DNA from: a virus
Reading direction: 5' to 3' (one strand)
DNA length: 64,000 nt
IMG/VR virus record: IMGVR_UViG_3300042890_005556
The position numbers and the translations under genes were made by a program. The notes beneath the pieces were generated by a model. The model was not told the origin of the DNA and searched no databases. It saw only the letters and a list, made by a program, of their open reading frames with translations. Below, one piece after another: positions 48,548 to 57,113 of this stretch (position 1 is the stretch's first letter; the number at the start of each line of letters is the position of its first letter).

Positions 48548-48946
48548 TCACACCAGTTCGATTTTGATAGATCTGAGCTTCATCAAGAAATTTCTTTCCG
48601 ACATAAGAATGATACGCTCACCCTTATAAAAACCACCTTCAGTATTAATAATGTGCATATTAGCCCTATCTGGGAATAACACCACATCACCAATTGAAAT
48701 CTGTGTTACGTTAGGCCCAACACCAACGACCACACCTTCATTCTTATACTTATCACGATCGGTCAACATGATAGATGATGCTTCCGCTTCCTGCCAAAGC
48801 GCAACCATCTCATTAAGAGGGTATAACTGTTTGATAGCCCTCTCATCGCCATGCACCGCAGGCATTTCTGCATTAGTATACGCAGATGGTCCACTAACAG
48901 TAGCCACAGTAGATTCAGAAGCAAGCTTATCGGACTTAGGTATCAT
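48548..48946 (-). CDS. groES: GroES-like co-chaperonin (gp31-like)
   Basis: PLNEMV, IML, GVVVGVGP...GDVVLF, LMSE. Confidence 0.75.
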   Translation of the reverse strand: MIPKSDKLASESTVATVSGPSAYTNAEMPAVHGDERAIKQLYPLNEMVALWQEAEASSIMLTDRDKYKNEGVVVGVGPNVTQISIGDVVLFPDRANMHIINTEGGFYKGERIILMSERNFLMKLRSIKIELV

Positions 48947-48964
48947 AGTATCCTCCTAACCTAA

Positions 48965-50299
48965 TTACACTTCCCTAACGACCATGCAATCATATTGAAT
49001 CTCACAATTAATCGAGACAAGCTTAGGACCATTTCTATTCTTAGCCACATACATAGTAATCCGAGGTGGCTGTGCCTGCCTGTCAGCCTCAGACTGATTT
49101 AAACTGACAACGTAGTCAAGAGAGAATTGCTTTGCGAAACTCTCGGACGCCTTAGTAACATCAATCATACTATCACTACCAGCACCACTACGATTAGTCT
49201 GAGTAGCAGTGAATACCAAAACATTCTCATTTTTAGCCAAACCACGAATCTCGTTAGCAACGTGCTTCTGCTGAGAATAATCATCCTTGTTATAGTTAGC
49301 ATTCCTACTAATCATAAGATCCATATAGTCAAGAATCACTACATCGGGCTTCCAGCCCTCTTGACGTTTTAAACTATCCATCAAAGCATAGACGTGTGCA
49401 ACACTACATTCATCAGGTGGCATCTCGTGGATTAATAACCTCTTGTTATAAGTCTGTTTTGTGCTGGTCATTACTCTACGAACAAGCTCTTGGTGGTGAT
49501 GAATGTCATCTAATCGGACACCAGTAAGCGTCCCCACAGCCCGCAGAGCAGTCTTTAAAACATCCATCTCGAAAGTAATGAATAGGACATCCTGACCCGT
49601 TTTGCCGTTGGATGTGTGTCCTCTTAAAGAACTGATTGCATTGTTGACTAGAAACACAGATTTCCCGACGTTTGTCGGAGCCAGCCAGCACACCACTTCT
49701 TTAGGCGAAGGACCGCCATTGTTCAAAATATGGTCTAACCTTTGAAACCCTGTGGTCCTGTGCTCGATAGCATCAGGCTCGAATAGTAATTCGAAATTCT
49801 CTAAGAACCAGAATCCCTTGTCGCCGACATCAGCAATCCTGTTGGCTTCGTTGACGATTTTCTCGATATACTCAAAGTTTTCGCTGTTATATGCTTCAAT
49901 CGCTTCCTCGCTGTAAAGCATACCGAATGCCCTCACCTTTGCCCACTTAAGAAGCGTATCCTTTATTAAAGGTATGTCTCGCGGATTGCTTTTCTTTTCT
50001 ATGATCGGCAAAATGATGTCAAACGGGTCGCTAGACGTCAGAGTAGATTCAATGACATCTTTTAAAATAGCTCTGGTAGGAACTACATTATATTTCTCAT
50101 ATAAGTTCAAGATCGTGGCAATGACATAACGACATTCCATCCTCTTAAACATGTCAGGTTTTAGAAATCTTATCACCCCGGTGATGAATTCAGGATGATC
50201 TAGTGATAACGCTATTATAGCTTCTTCTTGATACGGGCCAAACGGTTTGCTAGCGTTATCTTCTTGATCTAGATTGCTCAATATATCCAGCGTGCTCAT
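48965..50299 (-). CDS. replicative DNA helicase (DnaB/gp41-like)
   Basis: TGF..LD, APTNVGKS, ITFEM, LDYMDL, TATQTNR, KNRNG; likely start MSTLD. Confidence 0.92.
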   Translation of the reverse strand: MSTLDILSNLDQEDNASKPFGPYQEEAIIALSLDHPEFITGVIRFLKPDMFKRMECRYVIATILNLYEKYNVVPTRAILKDVIESTLTSSDPFDIILPIIEKKSNPRDIPLIKDTLLKWAKVRAFGMLYSEEAIEAYNSENFEYIEKIVNEANRIADVGDKGFWFLENFELLFEPDAIEHRTTGFQRLDHILNNGGPSPKEVVCWLAPTNVGKSVFLVNNAISSLRGHTSNGKTGQDVLFITFEMDVLKTALRAVGTLTGVRLDDIHHHQELVRRVMTSTKQTYNKRLLIHEMPPDECSVAHVYALMDSLKRQEGWKPDVVILDYMDLMISRNANYNKDDYSQQKHVANEIRGLAKNENVLVFTATQTNRSGAGSDSMIDVTKASESFAKQFSLDYVVSLNQSEADRQAQPPRITMYVAKNRNGPKLVSINCEIQYDCMVVREV

Positions 50300-50610
50300 G
50301 TGCAATATTTCTGCTTCTTGGTCTGTATAGCAAGTAGAACCGCTTGTGCTCTCATCTCCGCAAGAGTCAACGCCGCGCATTGATCTATCATCTCATCTTC
50401 TGTGAAATACAACACAGCACCATTAATGAGAGATGTCCTGTCGCCATATAGTGATGGGGCCAATGGCTGACTTGCAGACGCTTGAATTGTATAAACCCAA
50501 ACATTATTGATGAACGACATTGACGATACTTTTACTGGCTCTAGGAAACCAAGAGCTGCAGACTCGCGAAGGTAAACGACATCACCTGGATTGTATTTTG
50601 GGCCTGTCAT
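50296..50610 (-). CDS. hypothetical protein (SH3-like N-terminus)
   Basis: KYNPGDVVYL; coupled between recA and the helicase gene. Confidence 0.6.
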   Translation of the reverse strand: MTGPKYNPGDVVYLRESAALGFLEPVKVSSMSFINNVWVYTIQASASQPLAPSLYGDRTSLINGAVLYFTEDEMIDQCAALTLAEMRAQAVLLAIQTKKQKYCT

Positions 50611-51740
50611 TCTGAACCTCCATCAAGGATTCCATCATCTAAACCATCTTCATCTAATGTTTCTTCGATATTAATAGCGAAGTTTTGACGTTTCTGTATA
50701 TCGCCAAACATCGCTTTATACGTTCGATCTTTAATCTCATTCATAATGGCTTCATTAGAACGGACATTTTGAATAGTATTATTGATGCCATTACCAACGT
50801 GGGTTTCCCCAAAATAGTAGTTGCTTCCACGTTTAGTAAAGACTTTTGCTACCTTCTCTGATATCTCAATCAGGCTAGCTACTTCGTCGATACCGAATAT
50901 CGGTCTAACATCTTTTCCTACGCATATATCGTATTCAGCTTCCAGAAATGGCGCTGCGACCTTGTTTTTTACGACCTTCGATCTAGTCCTAAATGCGATT
51001 ATATCGTCTTTATCTTTAATGGGCGCGACCTTTTTGATTTCCATGCGAATTGAAGCATAGAATTTTAGAGCACGACCTCCAGGCGTATGCTCAGGATTAC
51101 CAAACATTTGACCGACTTTTTCACGCAACTGATTGATGAAGATAATGGTAGTTTTGGTATTATTGCATTTTCCTCTGATCTTTCCGAGACCTTTGCCCAT
51201 CAGCTGAGCTAAGGCACCCATATTAGCGTCACTTATATCACCCTCAAGAATAGATCTCGGCACTAAAGCAGCAACAGAATCGACGACCACTAGATCCACA
51301 AGCCCAGAATCAACGATGCGTTCAATGATTTGGAAGCCTTCTTCGCCACTATCCGGCTGCGAAATTATAAGGTTATCCGTGTTGACACCTATCTTTTTAG
51401 CCCATTGGATATCAAGGGCATGCTCAGCATCTATAAAGGCTACAACGCCGTTTCTTTTTTTATCTTTAAAATAGTAGTTTTGGCATGCTTTCGTAATTTG
51501 TAAGCATGTGGTGGTTTTACCACCTGACTCTGGGCCATATATTTCTATTATTCTACCTAGTGGTAGCCCACCGCATCCTAACGCATAATCTATTGATGCA
51601 ACTTGCGTTGAGAACACTTGTACGTTGACTATTGATCCGTTTCCCTGTGCAATAGAGCCACTTCCAAAGTCTTTTTCAATTGATTGCAGCAAATCATTTA
51701 GATTTGTGCTCTTTATTATCGTCTTCTTTTCCTTGGCCAT
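50607..51740 (-). CDS. recA: RecA recombinase (bacterial-like)
   Basis: GGLP.GRIIEIYGPESGGKTT, FIDAEHALD, SQPDSGE, VDSVAALVP, FINQLR, GGRALKFYASIR, KNKVAAPF. Confidence 0.97.
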   Translation of the reverse strand: MAKEKKTIIKSTNLNDLLQSIEKDFGSGSIAQGNGSIVNVQVFSTQVASIDYALGCGGLPLGRIIEIYGPESGGKTTTCLQITKACQNYYFKDKKRNGVVAFIDAEHALDIQWAKKIGVNTDNLIISQPDSGEEGFQIIERIVDSGLVDLVVVDSVAALVPRSILEGDISDANMGALAQLMGKGLGKIRGKCNNTKTTIIFINQLREKVGQMFGNPEHTPGGRALKFYASIRMEIKKVAPIKDKDDIIAFRTRSKVVKNKVAAPFLEAEYDICVGKDVRPIFGIDEVASLIEISEKVAKVFTKRGSNYYFGETHVGNGINNTIQNVRSNEAIMNEIKDRTYKAMFGDIQKRQNFAINIEETLDEDGLDDGILDGGSE

Positions 51741-51999
51741 CTCTTAGGTTTCCTAGCATTGAGTATATTTGTGACATAGTTTTGTCATAGTCCAAGACCT
51801 TTAACACATCTTTTGCTGGTAATCGTATTGTTATGGGACCTTTGGTCAATACAAGATCGTGTTCCACAACTCCAGCTACCAGCCAATCACCATCTGTTGT
51901 GGGCTTGTCTATAGGGGATGAAATATAAGATAGGTTCTTAATAGTAAGTAACCTGACTCTATCAAGTCTTCCTATACGTTCTAGTGACTCTTGTGCCAT
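51694..51999 (-). CDS. hypothetical protein
   Basis: 101 aa from MAQESL. Confidence 0.5.
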   Translation of the reverse strand: MAQESLERIGRLDRVRLLTIKNLSYISSPIDKPTTDGDWLVAGVVEHDLVLTKGPITIRLPAKDVLKVLDYDKTMSQIYSMLGNLRDGQGKEDDNKEHKSK

Positions 52000-52016
52000 G
52001 GCAAATTTATCTTTAG

Positions 52017-52577
52017 ATGGAGGGTTCAATGCCGATGAGCAGTAAACTGACAAAGAATGAGAAAATGCTTGTTGAAGCTATCAACAGCATGTTTGATCTG
52101 GACGCGCAAGTAGGTCTCGCCTTCCATGACAAAAAAGATCTCGAACCGCATAATGAAGAACGCGGATACGAATACTTACACAACCAAATAGATGATATGT
52201 TCGCACTCAAAGCAGCAGAGCTCATCCATGCCGATAGCGTGAATCAGGCATTCCACAAAGTACACAGCTACAAATATCTAGATGACCCCACATTTCCAAC
52301 TGCAATGGAAAAAGAATTGGTTGCACAAGCCGTGCCAGCAGAAGAACGAGCCAAAGCAGTAGCCGCCATAACCAGCATCATCAAAGAGCTAAGGAAAGAA
52401 CAAAAAAACTGGGCTGAAAAAGACTACGGTTTCAACCCACACATGGACGAAATCGAAAAAGTATCAAAACCAGAACAACCACTAGATTTTAAAATCCATG
52501 ATAAAGATGGATATAACGAAGCCAACGTAGAATGGGACAAAGAAGACTTTAAACCAGGTCGAACCCCAGACGCATGA
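52017..52577 (+). CDS. acidic hypothetical protein
   Basis: 186 aa, GGAGG SD near the internal Met codons; coupled to the next + gene. Confidence 0.7.
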   Translation: MEGSMPMSSKLTKNEKMLVEAINSMFDLDAQVGLAFHDKKDLEPHNEERGYEYLHNQIDDMFALKAAELIHADSVNQAFHKVHSYKYLDDPTFPTAMEKELVAQAVPAEERAKAVAAITSIIKELRKEQKNWAEKDYGFNPHMDEIEKVSKPEQPLDFKIHDKDGYNEANVEWDKEDFKPGRTPDA

Positions 52578-52816
52578 AAATCAGGCAGATATACGAAAAC
52601 CTCCTGAACCAAAAATTGCGAGAACTATCGCAAGATACCGGCTTCTTCCAAAGACCAGCCGTTAACAGCATACCATTATACGATGCCGAACGTGGCTTTG
52701 ATTCCGACTCAAGAGCCACATCCAACACGACCGGCAAAAAAGGGATTCCCACATCTAAACGGCACAGAAAATTCTTCAATATAAGCATCGGGCCAGAAGA
52801 AATGTCTGTTCAGTAA
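52574..52816 (+). CDS. hypothetical protein
   Basis: 80 aa, ATGA overlap, N-terminus MKIRQIYE. Confidence 0.6.
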   Translation: MKIRQIYENLLNQKLRELSQDTGFFQRPAVNSIPLYDAERGFDSDSRATSNTTGKKGIPTSKRHRKFFNISIGPEEMSVQ

Positions 52817-53571
52817 ACAGAAATAATACCTGAACCCTGACACTTAGGACAAACAATATCCTGATTCATGTTCCTAATACTGCCAGCTTCATGGCAGAGA
52901 GGACATGATTTCATAGAATCCTTATAACCAGATTTAAAATCTGGACTCTTACCACTAATAGAATCCTCGGCCATACGTTTAAACCGATTCTGCAAATGCT
53001 GATCATTCTCACGCTTCGAAATCTTAATCCTTGTAGTGCCGGTGCCATCTACCCTTCTCTCCGGAATCGCAATCGGAACGCCCTCCCGCCCCTCCATCAT
53101 CGTGATTTTAGCCTGCCCCCTAAGTAGACTAGGGTCAAGCTTATCCTTAGAAGAGCTAGCCTGAAAGCTAGAAAAAGACTCAACCCCGCCACCACCAACA
53201 GACTGCATCATCTTATTATCAATAAAATCAGTCGTAACGATATCATCGCCTTCCATAGGCAAAAAAGCCTGATTCTGAGGAGCATTATATTGTGGTTGAG
53301 GCTGCTGAACCACCGGTGCTGCAGGAGCATGAACTACCGACAAATTATTACCAGGATTTACTGAAATGTTCAATCCCAACAACTTAGCTTGAGCCAAAAA
53401 CTCATCGATCTGCTTCTGTCGGTTAGTATATGCAATACGAGCACTCTTGATAGTCGCATCTTCCGCATGCTCATCACATATAACGACGGTTGTCCTCTCA
53501 CCACCATCTAATGTGATTTGAAGCGTAGTATTTAAATTTTCAGAAGCGCCACAGTAAACACAAGTGCTCAT
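52810..53571 (-). CDS. zinc-finger protein with DnaJ-type CxxCxGxG C-terminus
   Basis: CVYC...CDEH at the N-terminus; CPLCHEAG and CPKCQGSG at the C-terminus. Confidence 0.7.
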   Translation of the reverse strand: MSTCVYCGASENLNTTLQITLDGGERTTVVICDEHAEDATIKSARIAYTNRQKQIDEFLAQAKLLGLNISVNPGNNLSVVHAPAAPVVQQPQPQYNAPQNQAFLPMEGDDIVTTDFIDNKMMQSVGGGGVESFSSFQASSSKDKLDPSLLRGQAKITMMEGREGVPIAIPERRVDGTGTTRIKISKRENDQHLQNRFKRMAEDSISGKSPDFKSGYKDSMKSCPLCHEAGSIRNMNQDIVCPKCQGSGIISVY

Positions 53572-53585
53572 AGAAGATCCTCATC

Positions 53586-53987
53586 ATGAAAACGCGATTC
53601 ATCGTTATACCCGTCAACCTAGGCATCAATATTGATGATATTATAAGTACAGATCTAACTGATCTGACAACAGAATCGAGATCCGAATTAGATAAAGCAC
53701 TCAACATAGCAAAAGCAGTACAAAGCGTCAAAATAGAAAAAACAAAACAAAAAGAAGAGAAAACCACCAAACTACAACAAAACATAATAGCCCTATACGA
53801 AGCAATTAAAAACGCAAACACAACAGGCGTATCATCAAAAGACGTAAAAACATTACTAAACGACGAATCAGCCAACCTAAGCACACTGACACCAAAACTA
53901 CGAACATACCTGAAAGAACAAGACCCTGAATATGAATTAGAAAAAGTAACAAGAGCAGGAACAGTATACTATCGCTTCTCTAAATAG
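53586..53987 (+). CDS. hypothetical protein, possible winged-helix C-terminus
   Basis: 133 aa; coiled coil followed by helices and the hairpin LEKVTRAGTVYYRF. Confidence 0.6.
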   Translation: MKTRFIVIPVNLGINIDDIISTDLTDLTTESRSELDKALNIAKAVQSVKIEKTKQKEEKTTKLQQNIIALYEAIKNANTTGVSSKDVKTLLNDESANLSTLTPKLRTYLKEQDPEYELEKVTRAGTVYYRFSK

Positions 53988-54909
53988 GCTTTTTCTCGAC
54001 AAACCCCCGTTGAGCATACTTAATTAGCCTCAAAACGCAACTACTAACATCCATGCAGTGATCCCACTGGGCATAACTCCCAACGCAATGGATACCTAAT
54101 TTTTCGACGATATCGAGAACAGGCATTTCACCCAACACAAGATAATCCTTAATGCTCGTACCATCCAAGATGTCAAAATCCTTCAAAAAGGACATAAAAT
54201 ACTGACCTGGGTAAGGAATTTCCTCATTAAAATAAAACAAATACCTATTTTTCGCAATATTAGAAACCTTAAAAAATGAAAACATCTTATCGACCACCAT
54301 CACCTGATTACTGCCCTCAAAATCCAAGTGCTCAGTATAAACATGCATAAAATGAACAGGTTTAGCCTTAAGACCATGAGAAACACCACAAAGATCAAAA
54401 AGAACATTCAATGGAATAGTGCTAACAATGTTCTCATAGTCCACCCTTTTACCTCCCTCAAAAACTAAAGTCTTATCCTTAATAGCTGCTAGTCTCCCCA
54501 GCTCAGCGCCCTTTGAAATATCAGTGGTTTCCAGGTATTTTGAATACAGCTCATTTACTCTTAAATCGTAGACCTCTAGCTCCATGTTGTGTTTCATATA
54601 AGCACTAATATGAGAAGGCGTGTTTACTCCAAACAAATTACTAGCCCAATCCATGCAGATACCATTATCATGATTTTGATACAGTAATCCTCTGATGGAA
54701 TAAGCCCTGTTATATTGAAACTTCTGGACTTTACCGAATTTATCAGACACAAAGCAATCTACTTCTTTATTAGCCACCATGAAGTTGTCGTCGAGACTTG
54801 GGTTAAAGGAAAAAAACCTGCTCTTATAAAATGGAATTATTGTCCAATCTGGCCCTAAAATATCTCTTGCAAGCATCGCAACGACACCAGATCCTAATAT
54901 GTATTTCAT
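53980..54909 (-). CDS. FAD-dependent oxidoreductase-like protein (protoporphyrinogen oxidase / UDP-galactopyranose mutase-like fold)
   Basis: ILGSGVVA Rossmann start, YENIVSTIPL, GSYAQW...MD. Confidence 0.65.
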   Translation of the reverse strand: MKYILGSGVVAMLARDILGPDWTIIPFYKSRFFSFNPSLDDNFMVANKEVDCFVSDKFGKVQKFQYNRAYSIRGLLYQNHDNGICMDWASNLFGVNTPSHISAYMKHNMELEVYDLRVNELYSKYLETTDISKGAELGRLAAIKDKTLVFEGGKRVDYENIVSTIPLNVLFDLCGVSHGLKAKPVHFMHVYTEHLDFEGSNQVMVVDKMFSFFKVSNIAKNRYLFYFNEEIPYPGQYFMSFLKDFDILDGTSIKDYLVLGEMPVLDIVEKLGIHCVGSYAQWDHCMDVSSCVLRLIKYAQRGFVEKKPI

Positions 54910-55358
54910 TCTTCCACCAAATCCTCATCAAAATTGATACCAAGGTCACTCTTCGGAAGCTTCTTACCAGAACCATAATCTATGAAGTCACCGCCAAACA
55001 CAGCCTTCCTCTTATCAACATCAACCGGCTTATTGAAGCCAACCAAAGGATTAAAAGCATGATCTATAAGATCAGACAAGCTCATAATATTGGCTCTAAT
55101 AGGATCTATAAAAGGAAAAACTGGTTTCGGTCTTAGACTCTCACACTGCTCACAGACACATTCACCAGACATTCTATACTCAATACCAGCACCGCACGCA
55201 GGACAAGTCAAGAGTACTTTAGTCGGTCTTACAAGATCACCAAACGCATCCAAAGACTTTCGGTGATCCACTATATTACCACTAAACTCAAAAGGTCTAG
55301 CATAGACCTTCACTCCATAGATATCGACTTCGACTAAATCGTACGGATTATAACTCAC
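54906..55358 (-). CDS. zinc-ribbon hypothetical protein
   Basis: CPACG...CVCEQC. Confidence 0.6.
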   Translation of the reverse strand: MSYNPYDLVEVDIYGVKVYARPFEFSGNIVDHRKSLDAFGDLVRPTKVLLTCPACGAGIEYRMSGECVCEQCESLRPKPVFPFIDPIRANIMSLSDLIDHAFNPLVGFNKPVDVDKRKAVFGGDFIDYGSGKKLPKSDLGINFDEDLVEE

Positions 55359-55897
55359 GATGAACTAGACCAGGATGATTCAACAGGTACGTTTTGCTTA
55401 GAAACCCAGTAATGATATCTATCTTGACAAATACTTATTTCAAGGTCTCTAGAAGATGCTTCGACTGAAGCATTCTTCCTAAAATCGACTCCACCACAAA
55501 CGCACACATTCTTAGAAATGCTATTTTTCCCACATTTTAAGCACACATATGGCTGTTTAGACATATTGACAGAAACTTTTCCGAAGACAGCATAATAATA
55601 AGCATCTGACAACACAAGATCTACACCTGTTAAACCACAAAAATGCTTCACAATGCCAGTCCTATTGTTCATACTAGAAGTATAAACATTAACGACTTCA
55701 TCAGAAACACTTTCATAACATGCAGCACAAAAATCAAATGACTTCTCCGGTTTTTGCTGCAGTATATCTGTTATAGGCGGTCTTCTACCGCCATATTGCT
55801 TTACCTTCATCACATTAACACTATAATAATCAAAGTCTTCCTTATTTGTCGCTTTGCATATATCACATATTATTCCGGTTTGATCTTGTGTTTGCAT
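55355..55897 (-). CDS. multi-Cys zinc-binding hypothetical protein
   Basis: CDIC, CAAC, CLKC..CVC. Confidence 0.6.
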   Translation of the reverse strand: MQTQDQTGIICDICKATNKEDFDYYSVNVMKVKQYGGRRPPITDILQQKPEKSFDFCAACYESVSDEVVNVYTSSMNNRTGIVKHFCGLTGVDLVLSDAYYYAVFGKVSVNMSKQPYVCLKCGKNSISKNVCVCGGVDFRKNASVEASSRDLEISICQDRYHYWVSKQNVPVESSWSSSS

Positions 55898-57110
55898 CGG
55901 ACTTTCTCTTAAGTTTCGATATCTTCTGACGTCTACTTACACAAAACATACCCCTAGCATCGAAATCAACAGGTATATGAATTCCAATACCTGGCTCAAA
56001 ACACGCTTCATCCTGCATCATTAATTCCTTCTCCCATACAAACACCATACAATCAGCAATCCCATCAGTACCAAAAATCTTGCCATAAGGTTTACCTGTC
56101 TTAGTCATATCCCTAACGAATTTGCTAGTGTATAAGTGTAGAAAATTGTTTCCCTCCTCCTTAGAAGCGCGATCCTTAGAAGCAGCTATGGTTCCATCAC
56201 CGGTTATCTTATAAGAACCAAGCGGAGAATCAAGGTAATACCCAATATACTCTTGCTGGAAAGCCAATCTTTCTTCTAAAGTAAAATCGTCTAAAGTCAC
56301 TTTATTAATATTTTCTAAAGTGACTTCGATTTTCGGCATCCATTTCGTTATCGCTGGAGGGATTTTATTACGTTTAGGATAGGCGCGGCGATACTCTTGT
56401 TCTTGGCGATCACGCTCCTTGGCAATCGTCTTCTCATCCCATCCTTCTAGAGCCATAAGGTCATTGTGAAGTTGCACTTTCATCTCTCTAATGTCTTTAT
56501 TCACAGAACAGTAAAAATACTGATAATACTTCCACAAAGCACGGCTGTTCTGATGTCCAGGCAATTGCTGGAAAGCATTTAACTTGATAAATCTTTCCAA
56601 AACAGGCTTACTTCTCCGGCCAGAATCTTCACCACCGACAAATTCATCAAGCGATTTATAATCACCCTTTCCAGTAAAAACCAAAGCGGCTGAATCACCA
56701 ATGCCTTTAATACCAATCATGCCCTGATTAATACTGTCGCCAGATACCTTAAATCCACGCTGAAGATTATTTATATCAATAGTACCGAAGTGAACACCCT
56801 CGGCTGGAATGGCTGGTTTATGGCTCCCACTGTATGTGATTACCGACGGCTTCCATTCTTCAGACCTAGCCATGCCCATATATCTAGGCAACTTCTTGGC
56901 ATGGCAGTCACTCATAATAGCAGCCCAAAACTCAGGTGCAAAATGCGCCTTTAACCACAAGCACCTCATAGTCAGCAGGCAATAACTCACACTATGTGAA
57001 TTTTGATGGATCGTCGGGCTATGATCAGTCTGGTAATTGTGATCATCAGATTCCATCTCAGGTGAAAACGTCTGGGAAAAACCGAGAGATCTTATATTGG
57101 TGATTTTCAT
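55863..57110 (-). CDS. dnaE: DNA polymerase III alpha piece 3: split-intein C-half plus C-terminal region
   Basis: 37-aa IntC ending HQN, then SHSVSY...WLKAHF.PEFWAA, HhH IKGIG, E.IGYY. Confidence 0.92.
   Translation of the reverse strand: MKITNIRSLGFSQTFSPEMESDDHNYQTDHSPTIHQNSHSVSYCLLTMRCLWLKAHFAPEFWAAIMSDCHAKKLPRYMGMARSEEWKPSVITYSGSHKPAIPAEGVHFGTIDINNLQRGFKVSGDSINQGMIGIKGIGDSAALVFTGKGDYKSLDEFVGGEDSGRRSKPVLERFIKLNAFQQLPGHQNSRALWKYYQYFYCSVNKDIREMKVQLHNDLMALEGWDEKTIAKERDRQEQEYRRAYPKRNKIPPAITKWMPKIEVTLENINKVTLDDFTLEERLAFQQEYIGYYLDSPLGSYKITGDGTIAASKDRASKEEGNNFLHLYTSKFVRDMTKTGKPYGKIFGTDGIADCMVFVWEKELMMQDEACFEPGIGIHIPVDFDARGMFCVSRRQKISKLKRKSDANTRSNRNNM
57000..57110 (-). mobile_element. split intein C-fragment (IntC, 37 aa)
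   Basis: MKITNIRSLG...HNY......IHQN followed by Ser+1. Confidence 0.88.
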
Positions 57111-57113
57111 GAT

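Noticed and set aside
50300-50380. N-terminal extension of the replicative helicase given in the ORF track
   Set aside because: It overlaps the upstream gene; the ATG at 50299 gives the usual 4-nt coupling.
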